From: Candidatus Ozemobacteraceae bacterium
Lineage (GTDB): Bacteria; Muiribacteriota; Ozemobacteria; Ozemobacterales; Ozemobacteraceae
Direction: 5' to 3'
Assembly (NCBI GenBank): GCA_965140445.1
Contig: OZ223236.1
Coordinates: 2,592,001-2,656,000, forward strand
Length of the DNA: 64,000 nt
Position numbers and translations under genes: made by a program. This document shows, piece by piece, positions 9,447 through 19,256 of this stretch. Every line of letters starts with the position of its first letter. Positions within the stretch are counted from its first letter, which is position 1. A model generated the notes under the pieces. It saw only the letters and a list, made by a program, of their open reading frames with translations, had not been told where the DNA came from and did no database searches.

Positions 9447-11606
9447 TTATTTTGCTTTATTTTTAGCTGGATCTTTACCAAACATTAGTAGGAATCCGAG
9501 CAGTAAAATCGCTGAAAATGGAATAAGTAGGAATGGTGAGATTCCAAGTCCAGCTGGGATATAGCAGAACAAAATAGCTGTCAATCCTACGATGGCAGCG
9601 TAGGGCGCTTGAGTTTTGACATGATCAATATGATCCGAACCTGATGCCATTGAAGACATAATTGTTGTATCCGATATTGGGCTACAATGATCTCCAAAGA
9701 TGGAGCCTTCAAGGACAGCGCCTATTGAAACAAGTATGGCTTGTTTCAGGTAAACTGCCATTGCTGGAGCAGCTCCAGATAGTGCTACGACTTCATTATA
9801 ATGCTTCATGTTAAGATGGTATGCCAATGGAATTGTTATTGGCAGGAGAATTGCCATTGTACCCCAACTTGTTCCGGTAGAAAAAGAAATCAGACAAGCC
9901 AGGATGAAAATAATGGAAGGCAACAGCCAATATGGAATTACATCCGTAACCATTTCAACAATATAATTTGCCGTATTAAGTTCTGTACATATGCTGTTAA
10001 TTGACCAGGCAAGTAGCATTAGACAAATCGCCATCATAATAGCTCTGACTCCGTCAATCCATGCTCTTACGCCTGTTTCTAATACAATCAAGCCCTGGAA
10101 GATTCCCAGAAGAAGTGCAACAATGGCTCCAATTGAGCTTACCCATATTAAAACCTGTGTGGAATCAGCATCTGCAAAAGCAGTTCTGATCTTAGCAAAA
10201 GCATCCATGGTACATTGTTCTGTTTTAACCCAAATTTTTTGTCCTTCGGCAAGATCTTTTAGCTGGTTTCCAGTTATATCTTTTGGGAAATAATATTTTG
10301 CGTAAGGCTCTACTTCTGAAGAAGCTATAGCTATATTAAGGACAGGTTTCAATGATGAAATTGAAATTTGTGTGTATCCATCAGTAACAGTCTTTGAAAC
10401 TTTGCTTACATTGTAATGTGAGTCAAACATTCCTCCGTTGCCTAGTAATCCTAAAAATGTTCCAAAGATTACGATAGCTATAGGTATTGCAGCGTTGTAC
10501 CATCTTTTAGGCATGTCTTCCGGTAATTCCTGCATTGCAGACTCGGATGAGCTAATGGGATTCGCGTCATCTGCCAGGGGTTTATTTTCGTGATAGGCCC
10601 GAGTTTCAGCATCAAGCATAGGGCCAAAATCTCTTCTGGTTAAACATACTGCCAATACAAAGAAAAGAGCCAGAATACAATAAAATCGGAATGGAATTGT
10701 CTGCAAGAAGATAGAATAGAAATTTGTTTCTGCTATTCCCAAATCCAGGAAAGCCTGTCTTATTAAGCCAATTTCAAAGCCAATCCAGGTTGATAGAACA
10801 GCAATTCCAGCAACTGGTGCGGCAGTTGAGTCTACAATATAGCTGAGTTTTTCTCTGGAAATTTTGTTTTTATCAGTTACAGGGCGCATTGAGTTGCCAA
10901 CAATAAGCGTATTGGCGTAATCGTCAAAGAAAATCAAAACCCCCATAAGCCAGGTGAAAAATTGGGCACTTCTTGGGCCTTTTACTTTAGTAAAGATAAG
11001 CTCAACAATACCTTGCATCCCGCCAGTTCTATTGATTATTCCGACCATACCGCCAAGCATTAGGGAGAAAATAACAATTGAGGCATGCCCTGAATCTGCG
11101 AGAGAGCCGAGGATATATTTGTCTAAGGCTCTCAAAAAAGCTACAAAAGGGTTAAGGTTAAATATTAAAGTTGCCCCAAACCAGACTCCGAGGAATAAAG
11201 AACTGATTACTTCCCGAGTTATCAGGGCTAAAATTATTGCAAAAAGAGGGGGAAGGAGGGAAGTCCAACCCGGAAGGCAGCGGACTTTGGTGTTTGCTGA
11301 TTGTTGACCAATTTGAAAGTCGACTTTGTTGGTTCCTGACTCCTGAAAATGAAGAACAATCTTATTCAGATTTTCTGGGAGAGAAACGCCTGATGTCGCA
11401 ACTTTTCCATTTATCAGAACTTTAAAAATTAAAGGCTTGTCAGCAGGAAAATCAATTCCCGAAACATTAAAATCTGTTTTTATACCAGTTAAGGTTAGCT
11501 TTGGACTTGTTATTTCAAGTTCTGAACACAATCCACCAGGCGTTATAACAAAAAGAGAAAGAAACAATATCCCAAGAAAACAAAGGTTTTTGCTAAAATG
11601 ACTCAT
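9447..11606 (-). CDS. Na+/H+ antiporter NhaC family transporter with an N-terminal exported domain
   Basis: FFDDYAN, DSTAAP, GTSWGT, GDHCSPISDTT and DHIDHV.TQ motifs. Confidence 0.9.
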   Translation of the reverse strand: MSHFSKNLCFLGILFLSLFVITPGGLCSELEITSPKLTLTGIKTDFNVSGIDFPADKPLIFKVLINGKVATSGVSLPENLNKIVLHFQESGTNKVDFQIGQQSANTKVRCLPGWTSLLPPLFAIILALITREVISSLFLGVWFGATLIFNLNPFVAFLRALDKYILGSLADSGHASIVIFSLMLGGMVGIINRTGGMQGIVELIFTKVKGPRSAQFFTWLMGVLIFFDDYANTLIVGNSMRPVTDKNKISREKLSYIVDSTAAPVAGIAVLSTWIGFEIGLIRQAFLDLGIAETNFYSIFLQTIPFRFYCILALFFVLAVCLTRRDFGPMLDAETRAYHENKPLADDANPISSSESAMQELPEDMPKRWYNAAIPIAIVIFGTFLGLLGNGGMFDSHYNVSKVSKTVTDGYTQISISSLKPVLNIAIASSEVEPYAKYYFPKDITGNQLKDLAEGQKIWVKTEQCTMDAFAKIRTAFADADSTQVLIWVSSIGAIVALLLGIFQGLIVLETGVRAWIDGVRAIMMAICLMLLAWSINSICTELNTANYIVEMVTDVIPYWLLPSIIFILACLISFSTGTSWGTMAILLPITIPLAYHLNMKHYNEVVALSGAAPAMAVYLKQAILVSIGAVLEGSIFGDHCSPISDTTIMSSMASGSDHIDHVKTQAPYAAIVGLTAILFCYIPAGLGISPFLLIPFSAILLLGFLLMFGKDPAKNKAK

Positions 11607-11833
11607 TTATACTCCAAACAATACTACTATTCTATTATTTTAATTTCTGCATTCTTTACTATAATTTGGCAAAAATGTGCAAGTTCAAATGTTAAGTTAA
11701 AAAAAATGAAACAAAAGAGGTTATTTCTACGTATAAGAGTTGAGGAGCAAAATGGTCCTCTTATTGGACTATTGTTTTGACTTTGATTTAAAAGATTTTC
11801 CTGTTAGCATGTGAGGGTGGAGATTCATAATAC

Positions 11834-12670
11834 ATGGATGACAACAAAAATATTATTCTTGTCGGAGTGGGGCTTATTTTCTGCGTATTTTTTCTGACCT
11901 GGCTGTTATTCGGGGGAAAAAGCGAAAAAAGACCACAATATGCTGGCGCCAAAAAAAATGTTGAGAGTAAGTCCGGCAAAAAAAGCGATGGGCGCGTAGA
12001 AACATACTCTGGAAGCCCTTCAAAGGCTTCCAGTTACGATTTTTCATCAGGCAGTTCCAGCAACGATAGCCCAGGAAAAGCTTCACCTTTTAGTGAAGAA
12101 GAAAAACAAGCAATGGCTCTTAGGAAGAAGGAGGCTGAAACTCTAATTTCCGAGAGTGCTCAAAATTGGCTAACTACAAGGGTTAACGATGAAAACCTTC
12201 CCGAAAAAGTCAAAGAAAAATATAGATTAAAAACCATAGCTTCATATGTTGAGGGTACGAATCTAAAAAAAAGAAAGAATTACCCGGAGGCTCTTAAAGC
12301 GTTTATGAATGCTTTAAAGGATCCAAATGCTTCCCCTGTATCCAAATATTACACTCTGCTCAATATGAAAACAATTGCTTTAAAAATGAAGGATTTGGAT
12401 TTATTTATTGCGATCAGTAAATCTGAAGCTGAACTTATTTACGAAGAAGATCTGAAAACCATTGGAATTTCAAAGAGTAAAGAACCGTTAGAGTGGATTG
12501 AAAATTTTGAAAAAATGATGAAGGCTAAGCGCGACCCTTCTGTAATGGCAGATTTAGTTCAAAAAAGAATGGATTATACCAGTGGAAAATTTCCAAGAGA
12601 AGAAATCGAAGCTGATGTAAAAAATGAAATTGAACGTTATGAGAGTATCTTCAAGGAGCTGATGAGCTAA
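11834..12670 (+). CDS. Membrane-anchored hypothetical protein (Ser-rich linker, helical TPR-like C-terminus); first gene of the pilin-like cluster
   Basis: N-terminal TM helix; stop overlaps the next start. Confidence 0.7.
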   Translation: MDDNKNIILVGVGLIFCVFFLTWLLFGGKSEKRPQYAGAKKNVESKSGKKSDGRVETYSGSPSKASSYDFSSGSSSNDSPGKASPFSEEEKQAMALRKKEAETLISESAQNWLTTRVNDENLPEKVKEKYRLKTIASYVEGTNLKKRKNYPEALKAFMNALKDPNASPVSKYYTLLNMKTIALKMKDLDLFIAISKSEAELIYEEDLKTIGISKSKEPLEWIENFEKMMKAKRDPSVMADLVQKRMDYTSGKFPREEIEADVKNEIERYESIFKELMS

Positions 12671-15207
12671 TGTTTAAGAAAAAAGGCTCTGCCTATTTAA
12701 TGGTACTTGGGGCTATTACAGTTTTAATAATTATTGCTTTTTCACTTTTGCGCTCGAAAAACGAAAGAGCTTTTTCCACAAAATATTTAAGTAATGAAAA
12801 AAAGGCTGAGGCTTTGGCTGAGGCAGCTGTTGATCTGCTGGGTGCATATATTAGAAAGACTGCAAACAAGCATGATTTTGATGGAGATAGTTCACTATTT
12901 TATCATTTATTTAGAACTCCATTGAAGCTTAAAGGAAGTAAACTGTCAACTTCTGATGGCTCAAATTTGACTTTTGATTTGTCTGATATGGCACCTTTGC
13001 CAGCAAAAGATCAGGAATTTTCCCCTTTAAGCCCTCTTAAATATATGATTGATGAGCTTGGTGGGAATGAAAGGGTTAAGATTGAAGTAATATGCAGTAT
13101 GCCTCAGGCTGAAGGTTTTACAGCGATTAGCAAGGTTTCTGGCAATTATGACGTTGTTGGAATTACTGAAAAAAGCATTGAGGCTAAGGGCGATTCCGCA
13201 AAGTTTCTAGATTCTATAGATAATTCACCAAAAAATGATGGAACTATTAGCGGATCAAAATGGGGACCGAGCTCATGGGAATTGGATGTAAATCTTCCGT
13301 CTTTAACTTCAAGTGATGTAAAAAAGTTTAAAGTTAAGGCACCATGGCCAATTGGTAAGGTAACTGTAACCTTAACTTTGACAAAAAAAACAAAAACAAA
13401 GATTCGTATTCAAGCAGAGGCTGTTGGACTAGAAGTTTATGATAAGACAATTGATTGTCTTGATTATGTGGATGATTTTATTCCAGGCGTTAACCCATTA
13501 AATATGACGGGTTTGAGGCGAAAGGTTATGCCTGGATCAGACGGTGCAATTAGCAAGTCCTACAAAGCTGATAAATTTGCCAGCATCGCTAAAGATGAAT
13601 TTGGTAAGGTCGATGGGCCAATACCATCTGCTAAGCTTGAGAAAAACAGCTTTGGGTCAAATCCAAGGGTTGTTGAAAAAGGTGCTTTGTTTGAGATTAA
13701 GGCTAAGGTTGAGTATTATCCTTTTGGAAAAAACAAGAAGATGGTTACCAGAGTTCTTGTTGCGCAGCTTCCATTTAAGGTCACTGACGTTCAGCCAATT
13801 GCCCCTGAATATACTTTTTTTGCTGCTAACTCACCGCTAATAAAAGAAAATGCTCCGATTTCTGGTGCCAACGGCGGGAAGATAGATTTAAATGTAGCAG
13901 ATGGAGCTTCTGGCGTTCCGGCTTCGGCTGTCGGATATTTTGTTTTGCACAACGTGCCTTCTGTTCCAGATGGAACGGGTTTTGCAGCTAATTACACAAA
14001 TATTACCGGGTTTGATCTTGGAGCTGACGATAAAGCAATGATTCCTGGAATGGTAAGAATAAACGGTAAGGGATCTGGGGCAAATAGGATGAAGCTCCAT
14101 ACTTTTATTGGAACTTTCGAAGAGCCGGATTTAACTGAATTAAATATAATGTGTTCGCCATTTAGCGAAACAGATCCAAATGTTAATAAATTTCAAACAA
14201 AACCAGCTTTTCAGTGGTATCCAGAGCCATATGAGAGAGGCCATGAAGTGGAATTTCCAGTTTTATTTGATGATGACATTATTTATGCACCAGTTGCTGA
14301 AAAAGGCTGCACAGGGATAATGAAAATTTATGAGGAAGGCGGACTGAGCTTAATGATGGTTCCGACTCTCCTCTATGGAATGGGGCATATGGAATATCCG
14401 CTCGGCATTAGACCAGAGGGCCCAATTGACATGGTCTTTGGGAAGATTAAAGTTTCTGCGGATCCAAAAGCCAAGGCAAGTCTTACGAATGTTAAAGATT
14501 TAACTGAAATTTACATTGATTATAAAAACCCCGATAAATATTTTGACGGTTCAACCGCAAAGTTTGGAATGCAAGGTTACCCAGCCTATGAAAGTGAGTC
14601 AGAATGGGATCCTACAACCAATTTTAAGGTTATGCCTGCAAACTGCTACAGTCTCTTACAGTATTCAAAAAAAGCGAATCATTTCTATGCTTCAGAAAGT
14701 GAATTTAAAACCGCAATGGGGTTAGATGTTTCTGATGGAGGCTTGAAGAACCCTGACGGGTCTATTGATATCAATGGAGTAATTTACATTAAAGGTTCTT
14801 TGACCATTAGTAGTCCGCTGGTTGTTAAGGGAAAGGGACTAATTGTGGCAAAAACCGATATTATTTTAAATGCAAATGTTACGCGTAAAGATGATGATAC
14901 TGTTTTTGGTTTGATTGCAAGAGGCGGGACTATGGAATTTAGGGGCTGTAGCAAAGTTGAAGCGGCTTGTTTCTCTAATGGGGCTCCAACCACTACTACT
15001 TCATCAGAAGTTGTAATTAATGGAAATCTCGTTTGTAACGCCTTTGACCGAAGAAAAATAATTGATTTGAAAGTTTTTTATAATTCGAGAGCTTGCACAG
15101 TTAACCCATTATCTGTTATTAGAGATGTTGGAAAATATTCCCCAGAAAGATACTGGGTATCCTTTGCAGAAAATTGGTCCAGGTTCTCTTATGAAAAAAT
15201 TAAATAA
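12670..15207 (+). CDS. Large PilX/GspK-like minor pilin or tip protein
   Basis: KKKG|SAYLMVL prepilin-like N-terminus without Glu5, then A..LAEAA; C-terminal beta-solenoid-like repeats (GVIYIKG, GLIVA, GLIARGG, INGNLV). Confidence 0.65.
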   Translation: MFKKKGSAYLMVLGAITVLIIIAFSLLRSKNERAFSTKYLSNEKKAEALAEAAVDLLGAYIRKTANKHDFDGDSSLFYHLFRTPLKLKGSKLSTSDGSNLTFDLSDMAPLPAKDQEFSPLSPLKYMIDELGGNERVKIEVICSMPQAEGFTAISKVSGNYDVVGITEKSIEAKGDSAKFLDSIDNSPKNDGTISGSKWGPSSWELDVNLPSLTSSDVKKFKVKAPWPIGKVTVTLTLTKKTKTKIRIQAEAVGLEVYDKTIDCLDYVDDFIPGVNPLNMTGLRRKVMPGSDGAISKSYKADKFASIAKDEFGKVDGPIPSAKLEKNSFGSNPRVVEKGALFEIKAKVEYYPFGKNKKMVTRVLVAQLPFKVTDVQPIAPEYTFFAANSPLIKENAPISGANGGKIDLNVADGASGVPASAVGYFVLHNVPSVPDGTGFAANYTNITGFDLGADDKAMIPGMVRINGKGSGANRMKLHTFIGTFEEPDLTELNIMCSPFSETDPNVNKFQTKPAFQWYPEPYERGHEVEFPVLFDDDIIYAPVAEKGCTGIMKIYEEGGLSLMMVPTLLYGMGHMEYPLGIRPEGPIDMVFGKIKVSADPKAKASLTNVKDLTEIYIDYKNPDKYFDGSTAKFGMQGYPAYESESEWDPTTNFKVMPANCYSLLQYSKKANHFYASESEFKTAMGLDVSDGGLKNPDGSIDINGVIYIKGSLTISSPLVVKGKGLIVAKTDIILNANVTRKDDDTVFGLIARGGTMEFRGCSKVEAACFSNGAPTTTTSSEVVINGNLVCNAFDRRKIIDLKVFYNSRACTVNPLSVIRDVGKYSPERYWVSFAENWSRFSYEKIK

Positions 15208-15643
15208 TTTGGGTGCATCTCTTGTAGAGATCGCCATTGCTCTTATGATATTTGCTTTTGCAGCAATTCCCCTCTATTACGCAATGAGCTATGGAGCGCA
15301 GGAAGAAACCAACCTTGAAAAAGTTGCAATTGCTACCAAAATTCTTGAGTCACTTAGAGATGAAATTAAGGATCTTGAATTTGAAAAGGTTGAGGGGTCT
15401 GTCGGTGCGACAAGTGCATGGAAAACTATTGGGGTAGGCGAATTACCTCCCAATGCATTTAACGAATTGTTAACTGGGCAGAAAAAGTATAAGGATTTTG
15501 TTTTTTCTGCAGAAGTCAGAAAGTCTCCAGGGGCCGATATTGATGCCATTGAATTCAAGGCGGAAGTTAGCTGGACTACTGGTCGTGGGAAAAAATCTAC
15601 TGAAAAAATGTCATTTATAAAAGTAAAATCGGGGGCGTTTTGA
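15191..15643 (+). CDS. PilV-like minor pilin/pseudopilin
   Basis: Class III signal G|ASLVEIAIA with Glu5; start reassigned to ATG 15191. Confidence 0.75.
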   Translation: MKKLNNLGASLVEIAIALMIFAFAAIPLYYAMSYGAQEETNLEKVAIATKILESLRDEIKDLEFEKVEGSVGATSAWKTIGVGELPPNAFNELLTGQKKYKDFVFSAEVRKSPGADIDAIEFKAEVSWTTGRGKKSTEKMSFIKVKSGAF

Positions 15644-16266
15644 TTAGTAAAAAAAGAGGAATGACTCTTGTAGAAGTAATGATTGGCTGCCTTTTAACTG
15701 CCATTGTAGGTTTTGCAGTTTATAGAGTCATGTCAGGCGCGAGACATGCCTCGTCAATCGCATCAACAAAAGCAGCTTTGCGTCAGGATGCGCAAATAGT
15801 TTTAAAACATCTTGAAAGAGATATTTCAAACTCTAGAGCTAAAATAGTAGTTAATGGCGCCAAAAAAGAAATCAAGAAAACCTTGGTTGTCGCAGGTGGT
15901 GGAAACTTTTCTATGGAAGTTCCAAAGGGAGACATTCCTGAGGATGCTACCTATTTTGATCAAAACACCGCTGATGAGGATAGCCAGTATATTAAAGTTG
16001 AATACGAACTATCTGGTTCAAAGTATTATAGAACTGCTGATGGAAAAAAGAAGTGCCTGTCTACTTTTGTTAAAGAAATAGATGTTGAAACTAATTACGA
16101 CGGGAAAATTAAACTCATGTTAGCCCTGGAAGCAGCTCCTGCTGGTTCTTCCAAGAAAATGGAACATGTAGAGCGAACTATTATTGCAATTAGACAGGTA
16201 GAAACAAAAGAAGGCCACAAAGACTGGAAGCAGCGGATTGATGGTTCAGACTCCAGTAGTTATTAA
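15640..16266 (+). CDS. PilW/GspJ-like prepilin
   Basis: KKRG|MTLVEVMI N-methylation motif; L..LERDI; 4-nt overlap with the previous gene. Confidence 0.85.
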   Translation: MISKKRGMTLVEVMIGCLLTAIVGFAVYRVMSGARHASSIASTKAALRQDAQIVLKHLERDISNSRAKIVVNGAKKEIKKTLVVAGGGNFSMEVPKGDIPEDATYFDQNTADEDSQYIKVEYELSGSKYYRTADGKKKCLSTFVKEIDVETNYDGKIKLMLALEAAPAGSSKKMEHVERTIIAIRQVETKEGHKDWKQRIDGSDSSSY

Positions 16267-16900
16267 TTTTTTTAAATAACTTTATTGAGAGTTTTTAAGC
16301 TGACTATATTTCCAAAAATCCTGAATGAAATTGGTATTTCATTTAAACAAGAGCAGATTTTAAACATATCATTGGCTTGAAAAGATAAAGTCTTTTTCTT
16401 TACTTTGTTTAGCTGATTTAATCATGGCTGGAAAGAACAAAATTTTCTTATACAGCCTCCCATGGAATTTAAAATAAACAAGGAATTTCGCTAAAGAGTC
16501 CGCCGAGATTATCCTCTTTGAGTAAAAAAGGGGGGTAAACGCCTGGTTTTTTTGGGAGGAACTGTTTGTTAAAGGCTTTGATAAATCTAAATCATTGCTA
16601 TCGATGAACCCAACGCATAAAATTCTATGAAATTTTAACACTTTTTCTAATAGTAGAATTTGGAAACCAAAATGTTCGCAACAGAAACTTACATTTGCAG
16701 AGAACTCAAATCAAGCGAATACTATTTTTTTTGTATTCCATTCGCTTAACCTTTAATTTAAGCTTCTTCGCCTGTCTTTATAGCCTCCTCACATATACAT
16801 AAAGAATGATAATTAAAGGCTATTTTAAACAGTATGATTTTTATGGCAACCTAGAGTGGGATACAAATCAATTTTTCATGAAGCCAAAAAGCTACAAAAG

Positions 16901-16933
16901 AAAAGGGCTCTGGAGATAAACTCCAGAGCCCTT
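16901..16933 (-). terminator. Strong terminator of the 607-aa secreted protein gene
   Basis: AAGGGCTCTGGAG-ATAAA-CTCCAGAGCCCTT stem with a T-tract on the minus strand. Confidence 0.85.
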
Positions 16934-16950
16934 GATCTTTTAACTAGATC

Positions 16951-18774
16951 TTATTTTCCAGCTTTAGCTTTCATTGATTCATAATCAGCTTTAGCTTTGT
17001 TCATTTCCTGAGCAACTTTCATTGCATCAGCCTGACGTCCCTGGCTGAGCATTTCATTATAGAGCTTATAAAGCTCTTTGTATTTTGATTCTGCAAGCTG
17101 GATTTCGTCATCATAAACACCCATTGAAGCTGCATCGCCAGCTATGGAAATTTCAGGAGCCTGAGCACCAGAAACTGGGATTTCTGCTCCACCAGCTACA
17201 GCGCCGATAGAAACTGGTCCAGCTGTATCAGCTACAACAGCACCACCCATTGGGTTTGAGCCTACAGGCATTCCGATTGAACCGTAGCTGCCTTTGCCTT
17301 TTCCGAAGATTCCAGCGATTTTCTGTGCAGCCCAGTTTCCGAGCATACCACCAGCGATACCGCCGATAATTGTTCCGAATGGAGGGAAGATTGCAGAACC
17401 GAGCATTGCACCAAGAGTTGATCCAACTGCCTGACCTGTAACACCAACCCAATCAATCTGTTTGAAAGCTTGTTTGATTGAGAATCTGCCGTTTTTGAGA
17501 TCGCCAGCAAGGTAAGCGCCTACTGAGTTACCTACGATAGAACCGAAGGTAGGAGCAAGTGCTGACATAACGCCGCCAACTACAGGGATAGCTGAGAGGA
17601 AAGGCACGAAGAATGAACCAGCTGCTGCGCCAGTTACAGATCCTACTACGCCACCTGCGAATTCTGCAGAAGCTACAGTTTTAACTGCTTTTTTGAGGCT
17701 AGGTTTTTCACCGCGCATCATCTGAGTAGCAAGGTCAACACCAACAGTGATACCAGCAGTCATAAGAAGGTTCTTAGCGCTGAAACCAGATTTGAGGCTA
17801 CCTTTTACATTGTCAACACCCTGTTTAGTCATTACTTTACCAGCTTCGTAGCCAGCTTTGAATTTTGTAGCAGTAGTGTTTTTGAGTTTTGTGAAGAAAC
17901 CAGGTTTGTCAGCTTTTGCTACAGAACCAGTTGTAGACTGTGAAGCTTCAGGAGCCTGCTGAGTCTGCTGAGCCTGAGTTCCTTCTGAACTTTGGCTGCT
18001 CTGAGAAGACTGTTCTGAACTCTGGCTGCTCTGTGAACTCTGTTCTGAGCTCTGAGAAGACTGTTCTGAACTTTGGCTGCTCTGAGAACTCTGCTCTGAG
18101 CTCTGTGAACTCTGAGAAGAATCACCTTTAGCTGGAGTAGCTGGTTTTTTCTTGAAGATGCTAGCGATTCTATCTTTAGCACTCTTAAGGAGGCTTCCGA
18201 TTTTGCTGCCAGTTGCTTTAAGAGCTCCGCCAACTTTGCTTCCAGTTGTTTTAACTGCATCGCCAACTTTGCCAGCGCCGGTTTTTACGCCGTCTACAGT
18301 TTTAGTTCCGAAAGCCTGTCCATTATCTTTTCCTGCTGAAAAGCTATCTTTGATTTTCTGGCCATATGAACTAAGTTCGTTCTTAATCCAACTGCCTGAT
18401 TTGGCTCCGCTAGCTGCTGAAGTATCTGCTGCGTTAACTGCAGGCGCCTGAGCTGCTGACTGTGAAGAGCTTACTGCTGTGTTAGCAGTTGTGGCTGCAG
18501 CTGTAGATCCAGCGTTTCCACCGAAAATCAACTTTGTATACTGAGCCATGTCAAGTGCTACTGGCTGGCCATTTACATAGCGAACATTGTAGCTGGTTGT
18601 TGTAGGACCGCTCTTAACAGTTACCCACTGGCCTGGTGTTACGTTCATGCTCTGACCGCCAACATTTACCTTGATGCCACTGTAGGCGGCCATCAGAGGT
18701 GCTTCAAGTGCGAAGCTGGCAATAAGAACTACGCATAACAGTTTGCTGATAAGCTTAATTGTGCTGTTCCTCAT
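16951..18774 (-). CDS. Secreted low-complexity protein with 11-mer helical repeats, a Ser/Gln tract and glycine-zipper hydrophobic helices
   Basis: Signal peptide; AGGAG SD; own promoter and terminator; GxxxG-rich segments; no family recognised. Confidence 0.8.
   Translation of the reverse strand: MRNSTIKLISKLLCVVLIASFALEAPLMAAYSGIKVNVGGQSMNVTPGQWVTVKSGPTTTSYNVRYVNGQPVALDMAQYTKLIFGGNAGSTAAATTANTAVSSSQSAAQAPAVNAADTSAASGAKSGSWIKNELSSYGQKIKDSFSAGKDNGQAFGTKTVDGVKTGAGKVGDAVKTTGSKVGGALKATGSKIGSLLKSAKDRIASIFKKKPATPAKGDSSQSSQSSEQSSQSSQSSEQSSQSSEQSSQSSQSSEQSSQSSQSSEGTQAQQTQQAPEASQSTTGSVAKADKPGFFTKLKNTTATKFKAGYEAGKVMTKQGVDNVKGSLKSGFSAKNLLMTAGITVGVDLATQMMRGEKPSLKKAVKTVASAEFAGGVVGSVTGAAAGSFFVPFLSAIPVVGGVMSALAPTFGSIVGNSVGAYLAGDLKNGRFSIKQAFKQIDWVGVTGQAVGSTLGAMLGSAIFPPFGTIIGGIAGGMLGNWAAQKIAGIFGKGKGSYGSIGMPVGSNPMGGAVVADTAGPVSIGAVAGGAEIPVSGAQAPEISIAGDAASMGVYDDEIQLAESKYKELYKLYNEMLSQGRQADAMKVAQEMNKAKADYESMKAKAGK
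17983..18120 (-). repeat. Intragenic tandem repeat (about 30-bp unit) encoding (SSQSSQSSEQ)n
   Basis: 46 codons: SSQSSQSSEQ x2, SSQSSEQ, SSQSSQSSEQ, SSQSSQSSE. Confidence 0.95.
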
Positions 18775-18799
18775 ACGTCATACTCCTGATTTTTGGAAT

Positions 18800-18892
18800 A
18801 CCCGAGTTTTAAGACCCGATTTACCCGACTCACAGCACAACCTACCCGAAAGTGCTATAAATCGCTTTTTTTAAGGGTGTACCCGCACCCTT
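18800..18892 (-). promoter_or_regulatory. 5' leader with five CGGGU motifs, at least one in a perfect hairpin loop
   Basis: ACCCG on the + strand at 18800, 18814, 18823, 18844 and 18881; hairpin AAGGGUG-CGGGUA-CACCCUU at 18892-18873. Confidence 0.6.
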
Positions 18893-18899
18893 GTTTTCA

Positions 18900-18927
18900 A
18901 TTATAACAAACGATTTGAAATCCGCAA
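18900..18927 (-). promoter_or_regulatory. Sigma70-type promoter of the 607-aa gene
   Basis: TTGCGG-16nt-TATAAT with an extended TG. Confidence 0.65.
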
Positions 18928-18961
18928 GGGCAGCAATAAAAAAAAATAGTTTTTGTTAAGC

Positions 18962-18993
18962 AAAAACCGAGAGTTTTTGGCTCCCGGTTTTTT
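18962..18993. terminator. Terminator of the hydG operon
   Basis: AAAAACCG-GAG...CTC-CGGTTTTTT. Confidence 0.65.
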
Positions 18994-19007
18994 ACAAATT
19001 TCAAACA

Positions 19008-19256
19008 TTAAGATACGCAAGTCTTTGTGAGCAGGGGTTCTAGCTCCTGGATAATCTGTTCTTTACAGAAATTCTCACCTTGCACGAAAAAACCTATGTC
19101 TTTTGTTTCATATATTAATTCTGATGGTAAAGGTAAAGTTTCTCCTGCTCCAATAAGAAAAGCCCAGCGTTTTCCAATTTTTCGGCAAATCCAGATTCTA
19201 ATCTGGTATTTTTTAGAAATAACTTCAAGATCAAATAAAGAGATCTCGTTCTCCAT
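19008..19256 (-). CDS. Small hypothetical protein downstream of and overlapping hydG
   Basis: About 82 aa from ATG 19256 (MENEISLF...IWICRKIGKRWAFLIGAG); ends just before the terminator. Confidence 0.55.
   Translation of the reverse strand: MENEISLFDLEVISKKYQIRIWICRKIGKRWAFLIGAGETLPLPSELIYETKDIGFFVQGENFCKEQIIQELEPLLTKTCVS

Noticed and set aside
16369..16641. 90-aa minus-strand ORF in the intergenic gap
   Set aside because: GTG start without an SD and no recognisable motif or protein-like pattern; not called.
17983..18120. Periodic DNA resembling a CRISPR array
   Set aside because: No unique spacers and no cas genes; it is an in-frame Ser/Gln coding repeat.
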